Below, in pieces: positions 52,811 to 64,000 of a DNA stretch of 64,000 nt; position 1 is the first letter of the stretch, and every line of letters starts with the position of its first letter. Location: assembly GCA_951406725.2 (NCBI GenBank), contig OX597838.1:6138001-6202000 (forward strand), given 5' to 3'. Below the pieces are notes generated by a model, which saw only the letters and a list, made by a program, of their open reading frames with translations, made no database searches and was not told where the DNA came from. A program made the position numbers and the translations under genes. The DNA comes from Octopus vulgaris. Taxonomy: Eukaryota.

Positions 52811-53116
52811 GGAGGCGCAATGGCCCAGTGGTTAGTGCAGCGGACTTGTGGTCGTAGAATCGTGGTTTCGATTCCCAGACCGGGCTTTGTGAGTATTTAT
52901 TGGGCGAAAACACCTGAAGCTCTACGAGGCTCCTGCAGGGTGTGGTGGCGATCCCTATTGTACTCTTTCGCCACAACTTTCTCTCACTCTTTCTTCTGTT
53001 GGCCAGCTCGCAAAGCCAGGGGTGGGGGGCGTCATTTGGAGGCTAAAACAATGCTAAGCGCATTGTGACGAGCGATGTGCAGCAACATCTGATAGCCTGG
53101 GCGGTCACGATGATGA
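52811..53116 (+). mobile_element. SINE family D, full length
   Basis: tRNA-like head with B box GGTTTCGATTCC; colinear with copies at 42626 and 59498. Confidence 0.92.
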
Positions 53117-53325
53117 TATACATATATATATATATTTGTATGTGTGAGCGTTTGTGTGTGTGTGCGTGCGTAAACATACTTTACATACGCGCACAAAGAT
53201 ATCACACGAGTACAGTATATATATGCAGTATATATAATAAAACATACATATATATATACATACGCAGACATATATATATATATATATATTTATATATACG
53301 TGAGTGTGTCAGCGTATGTGTGTGT

Positions 53326-53361
<36 letters not shown>

Positions 53362-53739
53362 ATAACAACTTATAATGAATTCGTTCATACGTACACTGAA
53401 ATACAACGACATACATATCAGTTAAATCTATATTTCGCCACACAATTTGTGAAATAAAATTGCTAACGTAATCATACGCGGGATAAAAAAATAGAAACTA
53501 AATTTACACATACGTAAATGCTTTTTATTTAATTACAAATCTGTATTTAATACATGTAAATGGATTCGTCGAATAATGCTATTCCGTTGGTAATTAAATT
53601 ATAAAACAACAGATTTAATTAAAAATATATGAGCAACACAGAATAATGATAATATGTAACATTAAACACACTGTAATCCATTCAAACATTCACTCACACA
53701 CACATTGCTTTAGAGTACCCTATGCATTTCTGCACACAC

Positions 53740-53870
53740 ATATCTATCTATCTATCTACCTAGCTGTCTAACTATCTACCTACATGTCTACCTACCTGTC
53801 TATCAGTCTATCTATACGCATACCTGTTTATATATCTATCGACCTATCTATAACTTCCTCTCTCTCTCTC

Positions 53871-53919
<49 letters not shown>

Positions 53920-54022
53920 ATCTATCTATATATTTATATCTTATCTATCTATCAGTCTATCTGTTAGTCTATCAATCTACCTACCTGTCTCTCAGTCTAT
54001 TTATCTATTTATATATCTCTTC

Positions 54023-54054
<32 letters not shown>

Positions 54055-54237
54055 ATCTATCTATCATCTATCTCTTCCTATCTATCTCTCTATCTAAATA
54101 TATATATATATATCTTCCGATTTATCTATCTATCAGTCTATCTATCTATCTATCTACCTGTCTATATATCTATCACTTCCTAACTATCTATCGATGCATC
54201 GATCTATCTATCTCTTCCGATCGATCTATCTACCTAT
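53740..54237 (+). repeat. Degenerate (TATC)n low-complexity tract
   Basis: Read directly. Confidence 0.9.
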
Positions 54238-54943
54238 TGGTGTGTGTCTGTATGTGTGTGTCTATACACGCACGCGCATAATCACACACACACACTCATA
54301 TACAGGTTATGTGAGAGTACGCTAACATGTTGGTTGATAGGTCTTCTGCGGATTACTTCTCCCGCGTGAAATTTAAAGTAACGAATAAAGAATGCGGCTT
54401 GGAAAAAGGTAGAATTAAATATTGGGGCCACTGTACCTTTATGAACATGCGTTTATGTAATTTTATACAAACACGGATTTATATAAACACGTATATCTTA
54501 TATATGTTTTACACATTCTGTATCGATATAGAAATATATACGTATTATATAATATATACTCCACTGACATCTGTAAACGTGTACGAGTGTGCCGCGTGAA
54601 GTCGCATGTAAATAGATTCGATTATAAAGGATTCTGTAGTTTCGCAACTCGGTTCCCGGTTCGAATGACAGTGTCGGTTACTTTTGTAAATGCAATCATA
54701 CAGTGAATGGCCGAAACGACATGGATAAACAAGTCCACACCACGAACATCGCACAGATGCATACATACATGAATACATACTTACATACATATGCATATAT
54801 ATACCATCATGAGTACACGAATAGGTACAAACGTACGTATACACGTGTGTAGTCACGCACATACATACAGACAAGCATACACACACACATATATATATAT
54901 ATATACATGCACATATATATATACATACATGTGTGTGCGTGTG

Positions 54944-55010
<67 letters not shown>

Positions 55011-55058
55011 TGAGAGAGAGAGAGAGGCAGACAGACAGATAGAGAGACAATAGAGATA

Positions 55059-55094
<36 letters not shown>

Positions 55095-55118
55095 TCATAC
55101 ATACACGAGCACACACAT

Positions 55119-55149
<31 letters not shown>

Positions 55150-56153
55150 AAACATGTATTCATACACATATTCATACATGGGTAGATACACTTTGGAACA
55201 CACACACACTATAATATTACAAATGTATCTCCCCTATATGTGTGTGTGTGTGTCAGTGTTTCATGGGTTCTACTATTTCATTAGACGATACTTTAAGGAG
55301 AAAACTAGAAGAAAATGAAAGAAAAACATATTAAAATGCGACAAAAGTCAACGAAATAACACATTCGCCTCCACTTCAACGTTTGATAACGATCTAAAGT
55401 AAATTTGATAATAAATTTCATTGTTTGTCCGATCTCATAAAAATATAAATAGAAAACAATTTAAACTTAGGGCCGTAAATATTTTCACTATTTATAAGTG
55501 GAGTGTATCGTCCAAATTCTTTAATTATTAGCGTGTATGTATGTATGTAGGTAAGTAGGTAGGTGGACAGGTATACAGGTATGTTTGTTATGTATGTGAA
55601 ATTCTGTTTAGGTATATATAGGTATTATGATTATATATAAATGCGTGTGTATATATATATATATATGTGTGTGTATATCTATGTGTGTGTGTTTGCTCGC
55701 GCGCGTGCGTATGAGTGTATGTCTGCACATATACGTGTATATATATGTATATGCATCGGTGTATATGTTTGTTTGTATGTATACAAATGTGTGATGTTTA
55801 TGTATGTATTTCTGTATGTATATGAGTATATGTATATGTGTGTGTGTATATATAATAACAATTGAATACATAAAACATATGCATACATACATATATGTAC
55901 ATACCTACATCTATATGTATATATACATGCATATATGAGTACAGGACACCACAAATAAACGTAGAACAGAACGAGAAATGAAAACATAAAATCAAACAAG
56001 GAAACGGACTTTTTTTTAACAACGAAAAACAGAGTACAGGACAAATAACACAAAGAATATTCCCCTTAATCAGCTGCCCCTGTTTCGATTCATCGCTTGT
56101 TTCGAAGGTAGTGTATTGAAGTTTCGACTCAGAGCTGCGGCTACGCTGGGGCA

Positions 56154-56201
<48 letters not shown>

Positions 56202-56539
56202 TGTATGTATTTGTATTTATGCATTTACGTAGATTGAGGTTATGCGTCTATACGTCTGGCTGTACGTACGCTTGTATGTGGGTAGATACCTATGCGCTTA
56301 TCTGTGTATATGCACATAGGAAAATGCGTACGTTTATACGTGTCCGCATATATTTACACATACATACTTTATGTCTGATGGGATATGTATATATATATAT
56401 ATATATATGTATTAACTGATGTGTACATATTTCTCAATATAATTGAATATAGGAATTGTAATATTTATACCTAAATATTTATGCATTTATATACATATGT
56501 ATATACATATATATATGTATATATATATATATACATATG

Positions 56540-56571
<32 letters not shown>

Positions 56572-56776
56572 AATATGTAGTTCTATTCGTCTATGTTTTT
56601 TTCTGTCTGCCTGTACGGTTTTATATTTTAGTCTTTACGACAGCATGCGTGCATAATTGAACATATGCGTATAATGCATACTTCTAGTTCAGTATGCATG
56701 TGTGCAAGTGTGCTCCTGTCTTTGTATACTACCTATCCGTCTGTTTGTCTCTCTTTTTTTTCTCTCTCTCTCTCCC

Positions 56777-56833
<57 letters not shown>

Positions 56834-57289
56834 GTCATAAGTATACTTAAAGTATGCGTTCCTATGAACGACTTTATAATTTTATATATGCAAGTGTGCA
56901 TTAGCTTGTGTGTGCATGTACGTATTTGTTTCAGTGAGGCCACGAAAGAAGCGATCTGGTAAAGAGTCTGCCTTTGAATATCGAGGGTGCGAGTTGGATC
57001 CCTGTGCATCCGCTCGACTGATGACTTGTGATTGAAGCTAATGAGGCATAAAGCGCGAAGCACAGTCGATTCGGTTGTACCTGACATACGAAGGCCCAGA
57101 TGTGATGCACTCTACGCGAAGCGGATAATGAATTATTTCACGGGTACATTGAGTGTGTCTTTGGAGCAGACAGCAATTTTCACGGCAATTTGATAAACTG
57201 GGAGACTCTGTTCATTGAATAACTAGAATATTCATCATAGTAAACGACGGAAAACCATATATTTGCGCACGTACAAGCACACATACATA

Positions 57290-57311
57290 TATGATATATA
57301 TACACATTTAT

Positions 57312-57344
<33 letters not shown>

Positions 57345-57780
57345 CATATATATATACACACATTTATACACACACACACATATATATACATAAATATATA
57401 TACATATTTATACACACAGACATACACATATATATATATATATACATATATATATACACATAAATATATATATACACATACACACACACACACATATATA
57501 TATATATAAATATATTTACACATTTATACACACACAGACATACACACATATATATATATATATACATAAATATATATACACATTTATACACACACACATG
57601 CATACATATATATATATATATATACATAAATATATATACACATTTATACACACACACATGCATACATATATATATATATATATATATACATAAATATATA
57701 TACACATTTATACACACACACATGCATACATATATATATATATATATATATATACGTACACACATTTATACACACACAAA
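57290..57780 (+). repeat. Higher-order minisatellite built from TA/CA runs (ACATAAATATATATACACATTTATACACACAC core)
   Basis: The CATTTATACACAC anchor recurs about 8 times. Confidence 0.88.
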
Positions 57781-58191
57781 CACATGTATATACCAAACGC
57801 GAATATGTATATATAATATAAATGTATTTAATGATGTGTGTGTATGTGTGTGTGTGGGCACGCGAGCATGAGTAAAATACATATAGAAATATATATGGGG
57901 CTGTTGCAAAATAGACGGTGTAGAATGTTAGTTCTGAAAGTTTCTCCGTATATCAGCGTAATGAAAATAAGTGAGGCAAGGACAATGAATGAACAAGCCT
58001 TCTACAAACACAAACACCGACACACACGAACGCACACAAACCGCGTACACACAGCTCTATAATCATGTATACAATTAAAATTACATTTACGTGTGTTTGT
58101 GTGTGCGCGATGGTGTATGGCTGCGCTGTGGATTGTCATATATATTTACATGCAGAATTAGGAATAAGGGGCTCTTGAGCAAGTTCCTTAC

Positions 58192-58264
58192 CGTGAATGG
58201 TCGTTAATAATCCAAACACTGCCGTGCATAAGAATCCGATGTTGTTTCCAAGCAACGAAATCAT
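58192..58264 (-). CDS. Candidate first coding exon encoding a signal peptide (MISLLGNNIGFLCTAVFGLLTTIH + phase-1 intron); whole exon 58192-58295; gene unknown
   Basis: Acceptor ttctgtcacgctttatag|G at 58296/58295 and donor CACG|gtaagg at 58192/58191. ATG at 58264 with an in-frame upstream TAG; hydrophobic 24-aa peptide. No downstream exon confidently identified. Confidence 0.42.
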
Positions 58265-58525
58265 TTCCTAAAGTCCAAAGTGGAATTGGTATAACCTATA
58301 AAGCGTGACAGAATGTTTAGAAGTAACCGAAATTCTTCGCGGAATTACTGACACTATCATTTAACGTAAGCATATATAGGCGCATATAGATAAATGTGTG
58401 AGCATATATACATGCGTACATACATACATAGAAACGTCACTTTATGACGAGATAGAGAAAGGGGATTTGTTAATAATTTGTAAACTTCTCAGCGATGCTG
58501 CGCATGTATTTCTCTGCGATATTAT

Positions 58526-58567
<42 letters not shown>

Positions 58568-58831
58568 GTGTGTATATACGTGGTTGTATATTTGTGTGTT
58601 CTTTTTTTGCTTTTCTTTTACACGTACAATGATATTCTATATCTTAAAATTAATTATATATGCATACATCTGCATAAGTATATATCACCAGGCATGTATA
58701 GCTGTGTTTGTGTATATGAGAAAAATGTGTGTGTTTTTTTGTGTGTGTTTGTCTGATCAGCTTCAAATGAACACTCCGATTCCTCAAAGACGTAGAGTGA
58801 TTGCAGCTTTCACCCTTCTTCTCACACGTTC

Positions 58832-58865
<34 letters not shown>

Positions 58866-59307
58866 ATATTTCTCTAGTTCTTTCTTATTCTGCTTCTCTC
58901 TCTCCTCTCTGTCTCAGTTACTCTCGTTTTATCTCTTCCCCCCTCTCTCTCTATCTATCTATTTTGTTGTTTGACTTTCGCTCCTCCTCGCAGTGTATCT
59001 CACACACATACACACACACACACACATATATACGGACACATGCGCGAACTATTTCTCTTTTCTCCCCCCAACTCTCTCTCTCTCTCTCTCTCTGTTACTC
59101 TTTCTATATCTCCTCTTTACTTTCTGCCAGTAATGCGAAGGAACTGCATAGCAAAGAAGAGTTGATGATGTAGTTGTAGGCGAGAAGGGAAGCACCCATT
59201 GAAAAGATGAATGGATCGGAGGGGGGAAGGTGGAAGGGAAGGATTGGAACAAAGTACTATTATAGCCAGAGAAGAAAGGACGGATATACATATATAAATA
59301 CACATAC

Positions 59308-59358
<51 letters not shown>

Positions 59359-59459
59359 CACACACACACATATATATATACACACACATATATATACACA
59401 CATATATATACACACACATATATATATACACACACATATATATACACACACATATATAT

Positions 59460-59497
<38 letters not shown>

Positions 59498-59499
<2 letters not shown>

Positions 59500-59800
59500 A
59501 GGCGCAATGGTCTAGTGGTTAGGTCAGCGGACTCGCTGTCGTAGGTCCGCGGTTTCGATTCCCAGACTGAGCGTTGTGATTGTTTATTGAGCGAAAACAC
59601 CTAAAGGCCCCACGAGGTTCCGGCAAGAGGTCGTGCCGATCCATGATCTACTCTTTCGCCACAGCTTTCTCTCACTCTTTCTTTTGCTGGCCTTCTCGCT
59701 TAGCCACCAGGGTGGCGTCATTCCAAGGGTAAAACAATGCGAAGCGCATTGTGACCAGCGATGAGTAGCAACATCGGTTAGCCTGGTCGGTCACGGTGAT
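59498..59800 (+). mobile_element. SINE family D, full length, inside (TA)n
   Basis: GGAGGCGCAATGGTCTAGTGGTTAGG...GGTTTCGATTCCCAGAC...GCCTGGTCGGTCACGGTGAT; TA runs on both sides. Confidence 0.92.
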
Positions 59801-59820
59801 ATATATATATATATATATAT

Positions 59821-59997
59821 ATTTCTTTACTACCCACAAGGGGCTAAACATAGAGGGGACAAACAAGAACTGACAAAGGGATTAAGTCGATTACATCGAC
59901 CCCAGTGCAAAACTGGTACTTTATTTATCGACACCGAAAGGATGAAAGGCAAAGTCGACCTCGGCGGAATTCGAACTCAGAACGTAACGACAGACGA
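59821..59997 (-). mobile_element. SINE family A, 5'-truncated at a TA tract
   Basis: ATTTCTTTACTACCCACAAGGGGCTAAACA...GGCGGAATTCGAACTCAGAACGTAACGACAGACGAA, then (TA)n. Confidence 0.92.
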
Positions 59998-60021
59998 ATA
60001 TATATATATATATACATATAT

Positions 60022-60072
<51 letters not shown>

Positions 60073-60376
60073 TATACGCATACACACACACACGCGCATA
60101 TATTCATTTATATAAATTTGTGTGCATATGTGTGTGTGTATCCTAAGGAAAAGCGCACCACAAACATGTGTATATATATGTGTATTTGTGTGTATTTGTG
60201 TGTGTGTGTGTGTTCGCGTGTGTATGCATGCAGTACACTTTTATATAAAAATGTCTATGTGTTCAGGACGTAGATTGTATACGCCGGTTTATCTACTTGC
60301 ATCTATTTATGCATGCAAATATCTAGACATACAAGAACACACAAGAGATGTACATTTGCATACCATGGTGTGTAAG

Positions 60377-60436
<60 letters not shown>

Positions 60437-60485
60437 CACATAATCATACGACTGTATTTTAATACATATGTATGTGTGTGTGTGT

Positions 60486-60524
<39 letters not shown>

Positions 60525-60528
<4 letters not shown>

Positions 60529-60631
60529 TAATCCAAACAAGAAAACAAAAAGACAACAACGCGAGGATGTGGAACAAATAAAGTATTATTGGACGCTCAG
60601 GAAAGAAGGGAAGAAGGAGGTTATGACGTTT
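60525..60631 (-). mobile_element. Family F-related element, truncated inside the hammerhead-like motif
   Basis: AAACAAAAAGAC...GTATTATTGGACGCTCAGGAA...TGACGTTT aligns with the reverse complement of 49992-50090; TA tracts on both sides. Confidence 0.6.
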
Positions 60632-61120
60632 ATATATATATATATATATATACACACATAATTTACAATATATGAATGCATATATCCTTAAACTCCTTTA
60701 AAATATTTTAGCCCGAAGGTCGCAGCCATGCTGGGGCACCACCGCCGCTTGAGCATGTGTATAAGTGAAGAATGAGTGAGATATTCAGAGGCAAGATACA
60801 GAACGAAGGGAACGTAAGAGAGGAAAGTTTTAGTGAGTAAATTGGAAAAGAGGAGCGAAGGCAACAAAGGAAAAATAGCCGGGATATAAGGCATTAACCA
60901 GGTGGGATATTGAATAAATCGATTGACTGAGGCAAAAAAGAAACATACTTATATAATATAATACATACTTGTATAAACAAACACATCGCACTCATGGATA
61001 TGTGTAGATGTAGCATTTATTAGCAGTAAAGTAACAAGTGTTATCTAAAGTGTTATATAATAAATGTGCTTAGATTACTAGAACTTTCGTTGAAGCTCTT
61101 GTCCTTTAAATAACAATATA

Positions 61121-61160
<40 letters not shown>

Positions 61161-61230
61161 TACATATGTATATACGTACATATACATATACGTACATTAT
61201 ATTTATAAGACTGCCATATTAGTATGGCGA

Positions 61231-61271
<41 letters not shown>

Positions 61272-61277
61272 GTATTT

Positions 61278-61312
<35 letters not shown>

Positions 61313-61498
61313 CATATGTATTTACATACATATATACATATGTATTTACATAGATATTTATATATACATATACATATGTATTTACAGGTATATGTATAAT
61401 TATACACATATGCATATATGTGTATGCATGTATATATGTATATATATATGTATGTATATATATGTATATATATATATATATGCATGTACGTATGTTTG

Positions 61499-61538
<40 letters not shown>

Positions 61539-61626
61539 TGTATGTCTATATATACATGTATGTATGTGTATATGTATGCATGCGTATATATGTATATATA
61601 AAGTTATAAGTTACTGCACGAGTGAG

Positions 61627-61842
61627 GGTTTGAAAATGCAAAGGTCTTTTAGAGATGTCTAGTGACATGACCGGTTTCACTTTTTTAGAAAATGATTATC
61701 GAAAGTAAAATGTAAAGCTTTTCATATCATTTTGGAAAAAAAAAAAAACGCTTTATATTTCACTTTTAATAATCTTTTTTCTAAAAAAGTGAAACCGGTC
61801 AATTCAACAAACACCTCCAAACGTCCTTCGCATTTTCAAACC
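61627..61842. repeat. 216-bp imperfect fold-back (MITE-like palindrome)
   Basis: Perfect 25-bp arms at 61668-61692/61777-61801 and 13-bp arms at 61627-61639/61830-61842, with imperfect pairing between and inside them. Confidence 0.92.
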
Positions 61843-61845
61843 TTC

Positions 61846-61898
<53 letters not shown>

Positions 61899-62899
61899 CA
61901 TACACACTTAGAGTGAGAGAGAGAAAGAGGGATCACACAGACACAGATGTATTTTTGTCGGTGTGTGTTAGTATTCTGATATATATCTATATTTCTGTAC
62001 ATACTACGCAAGGGTATATGTGAGTGCGTATCCTACCTCTCACCCACCCCCCACACACACACAAGCAGACACTGTAAAATGAAGATCATCTCCATTTTAA
62101 ATAGTTATAACATTTGTGCGTTTCACCCTTGGAGGTATTTCGAACTCAGCGTCGGTTTCCCCGAGTGCATTTGGATACCTCCCCGCAATGCATCATAGAG
62201 GCCACACGCTTATTGCATTCTCTTAAGCAAATGTAATATCTCCCTTATGTAGAGTCATCATTGTCCCACTCCTGTGCCTGATGCGAGTATCAATAAAACT
62301 CAGCCTCATCTGCAGGAAGGGCTTTTCCACTGACGTCATGAGGAGATCCACAAGGCCATACCTGACACCATCTGCAAAAATCCTTTCTCTATGCCTGCTA
62401 TCATTTCTAAAAGTGTCGATACCAACTAATGTCCCATGGAGTGTTCACGTTTACTCAGTTTTGGCGAGTTACGATGCTCCTCTTCGATACAATCTAACAT
62501 TTAGTCCAATTGCTTAGCGGGACTGCGGTGAGGTAACGGAAATGACACTGGATTATACAGTGAATCTAGCTGCGCAGTTATTGTTTGTCAAGTAGTGGTC
62601 CAGTTGAAGTGGTAGAACAAGCTTGTCTGGAATAATCGAAACCTGCCAAACATCTGAGAGGCTAGAGATGGCAGCCCAAGTTAGATGGGTATGGAGATGG
62701 CGCAGGTTGTTTCGATGTTCCTTTGTATTAAGACAAGTTAGAAGATAGGTTTGATATGATAAAACCTGGTGGGGACATCTGCAAGAGGTTTGTTATTTGC
62801 AAAAAGATAGGAACCCTACCATGTATTCCAAGATGCATCACAGACTATACCTAAATTTCTAAAACCAACAATATATATATGTGTATATATGTATGTTTG

Positions 62900-63360
62900 T
62901 GTGTGTGCGATTGCGTTTGTGATTTTGTGTGTGATTGTGTGTGTGATGGAGTGTGTGATTGAGTGTGTGTGTGATTGCGTGTATGTGTGACTGTGTGGGT
63001 GTGTGATTGGGTGGGTGTGTGATTGGGTGTATGTGATTGTGTGTGTGTGTGATTGAGTGTATGTGTGATTGAGTATGTGTGTGCTTGTGTGTGATTGAGT
63101 GTGTCTGATTGAGTGTGTGTGATTGTGTGTTTGTGATTGTGTGTATGTGTGATTGTGTGTGATTGAGTGTGAGTGTGAGTGTGATTGAGTGTGTGTGTGA
63201 TTGTGTGTGTGTGTGATTGAGTGTATGTGTGATTGTGTGTGTGATTGGGTGTATGTGATTGTGTGTGTGTGTATGATTGTGTGTGTGATTAAGTGTATGT
63301 GCGATTGAGTGTGTGATTGTGATTAAGTGTGTGTGTGATTATGTGTGTGTGTGATTGTAT
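62900..63360 (+). repeat. Degenerate (GTGTGATT)n / (TG)n satellite
   Basis: TGATTG anchors recur every 8-16 bp in a TG background. Confidence 0.92.
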
Positions 63361-63664
63361 GTGTGCATGTGTTTATATCTGTGTTTGTAAATTTGCATGT
63401 GTGCGTGTAGGAGAAATATGAGATATTAATAACAACGAAAAAAGTGAAATAGTTGGAGAGGGGAAGAAAAGTGAAATGACCTGTGAGAAGCATAAATTTT
63501 GCGTTTGAAAGGTAAACGATAGTTATATATACGCTCATACAAAGACGCGTGTTTTTTTTTTTTTATCAGAGATACAGAAATATGCATGTATTCAGTGTAA
63601 AAACGTACAATATTCAGCCTTTTTAATTATGATTTCATCTTTTCCTAGTTTCACTCATCGGAGC

Positions 63665-64000
63665 GTAGCCATGCTGGAGCACCGCCTGTCACCAGCCTGA
63701 ATAATTTTTAGACAAATTAATCGACTCCAGTGCTTCCTTTTTCTTTTATTTTCTTTTAACCTGGTAGTTAATCTATCAACCCTTTTGCCGAACTGCTGGG
63801 TTACGGGGGTGTAAATACATCAACACCGGTTATCAAGTAGTGGTGGGGGCCAAACAGACACCCAAACACACACACACACACAACGTGTATGTTTACGACG
63901 GGTTTCTTTCTAAATCCGCTTACTAAAGCCACTTACAAGGATTTTGTCAACTGGAGGCTGCAGACCAGCGTGGCATGCAGCGGGACTGAACTCGGAACCA
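63665..64000 (-). mobile_element. SINE family B, diverged (runs off window edge)
   Basis: GCCATGCTGGAGCACCGCC...TTTTGCCGAAC...ACACCGGTTATCAAG...ACGACGGGTTTCTTTC...GGGACTGAACTCGGAACCA. Confidence 0.85.

Noticed and set aside
56935-56962. SEATKEAIW resembling the Copia RNase H motif, or a terminal exon
   Set aside because: Only 9 residues followed by a stop; the downstream Copia motifs (DNQ, KHID) are not recoverable.

Overview
This is AT-rich, microsatellite-dense eukaryotic DNA, most likely intronic or intergenic sequence from an octopus or related coleoid cephalopod. That taxon call is inferred from the repeat landscape and has not been verified. I find no complete protein-coding gene, and nearly all ORFs in the supplied track are translations of (TA)n/(CA)n/(GA)n repeats. 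The window holds about 30 copies of five tRNA-headed SINE families (labelled A-E here) and decayed transposon fragments: RTE x2, R4/Dong-clade x2, a Tigger/pogo transposase and possibly piggyBac. It also has several compound minisatellites and a ~0.9 kb TA tract. One plausible minus-strand exon (58192-58295) may encode a signal peptide. The most interesting signal is a set of minimal, Penelope-type hammerhead-ribozyme motifs in several unrelated short non-coding elements (21937, 26716, 29271, 43643, 49966, and a truncated one at 60625). One of them sits in the tail of a tRNA-headed SINE and one at a near-perfect fold-back junction. All carry core substitutions, so activity is unproven.
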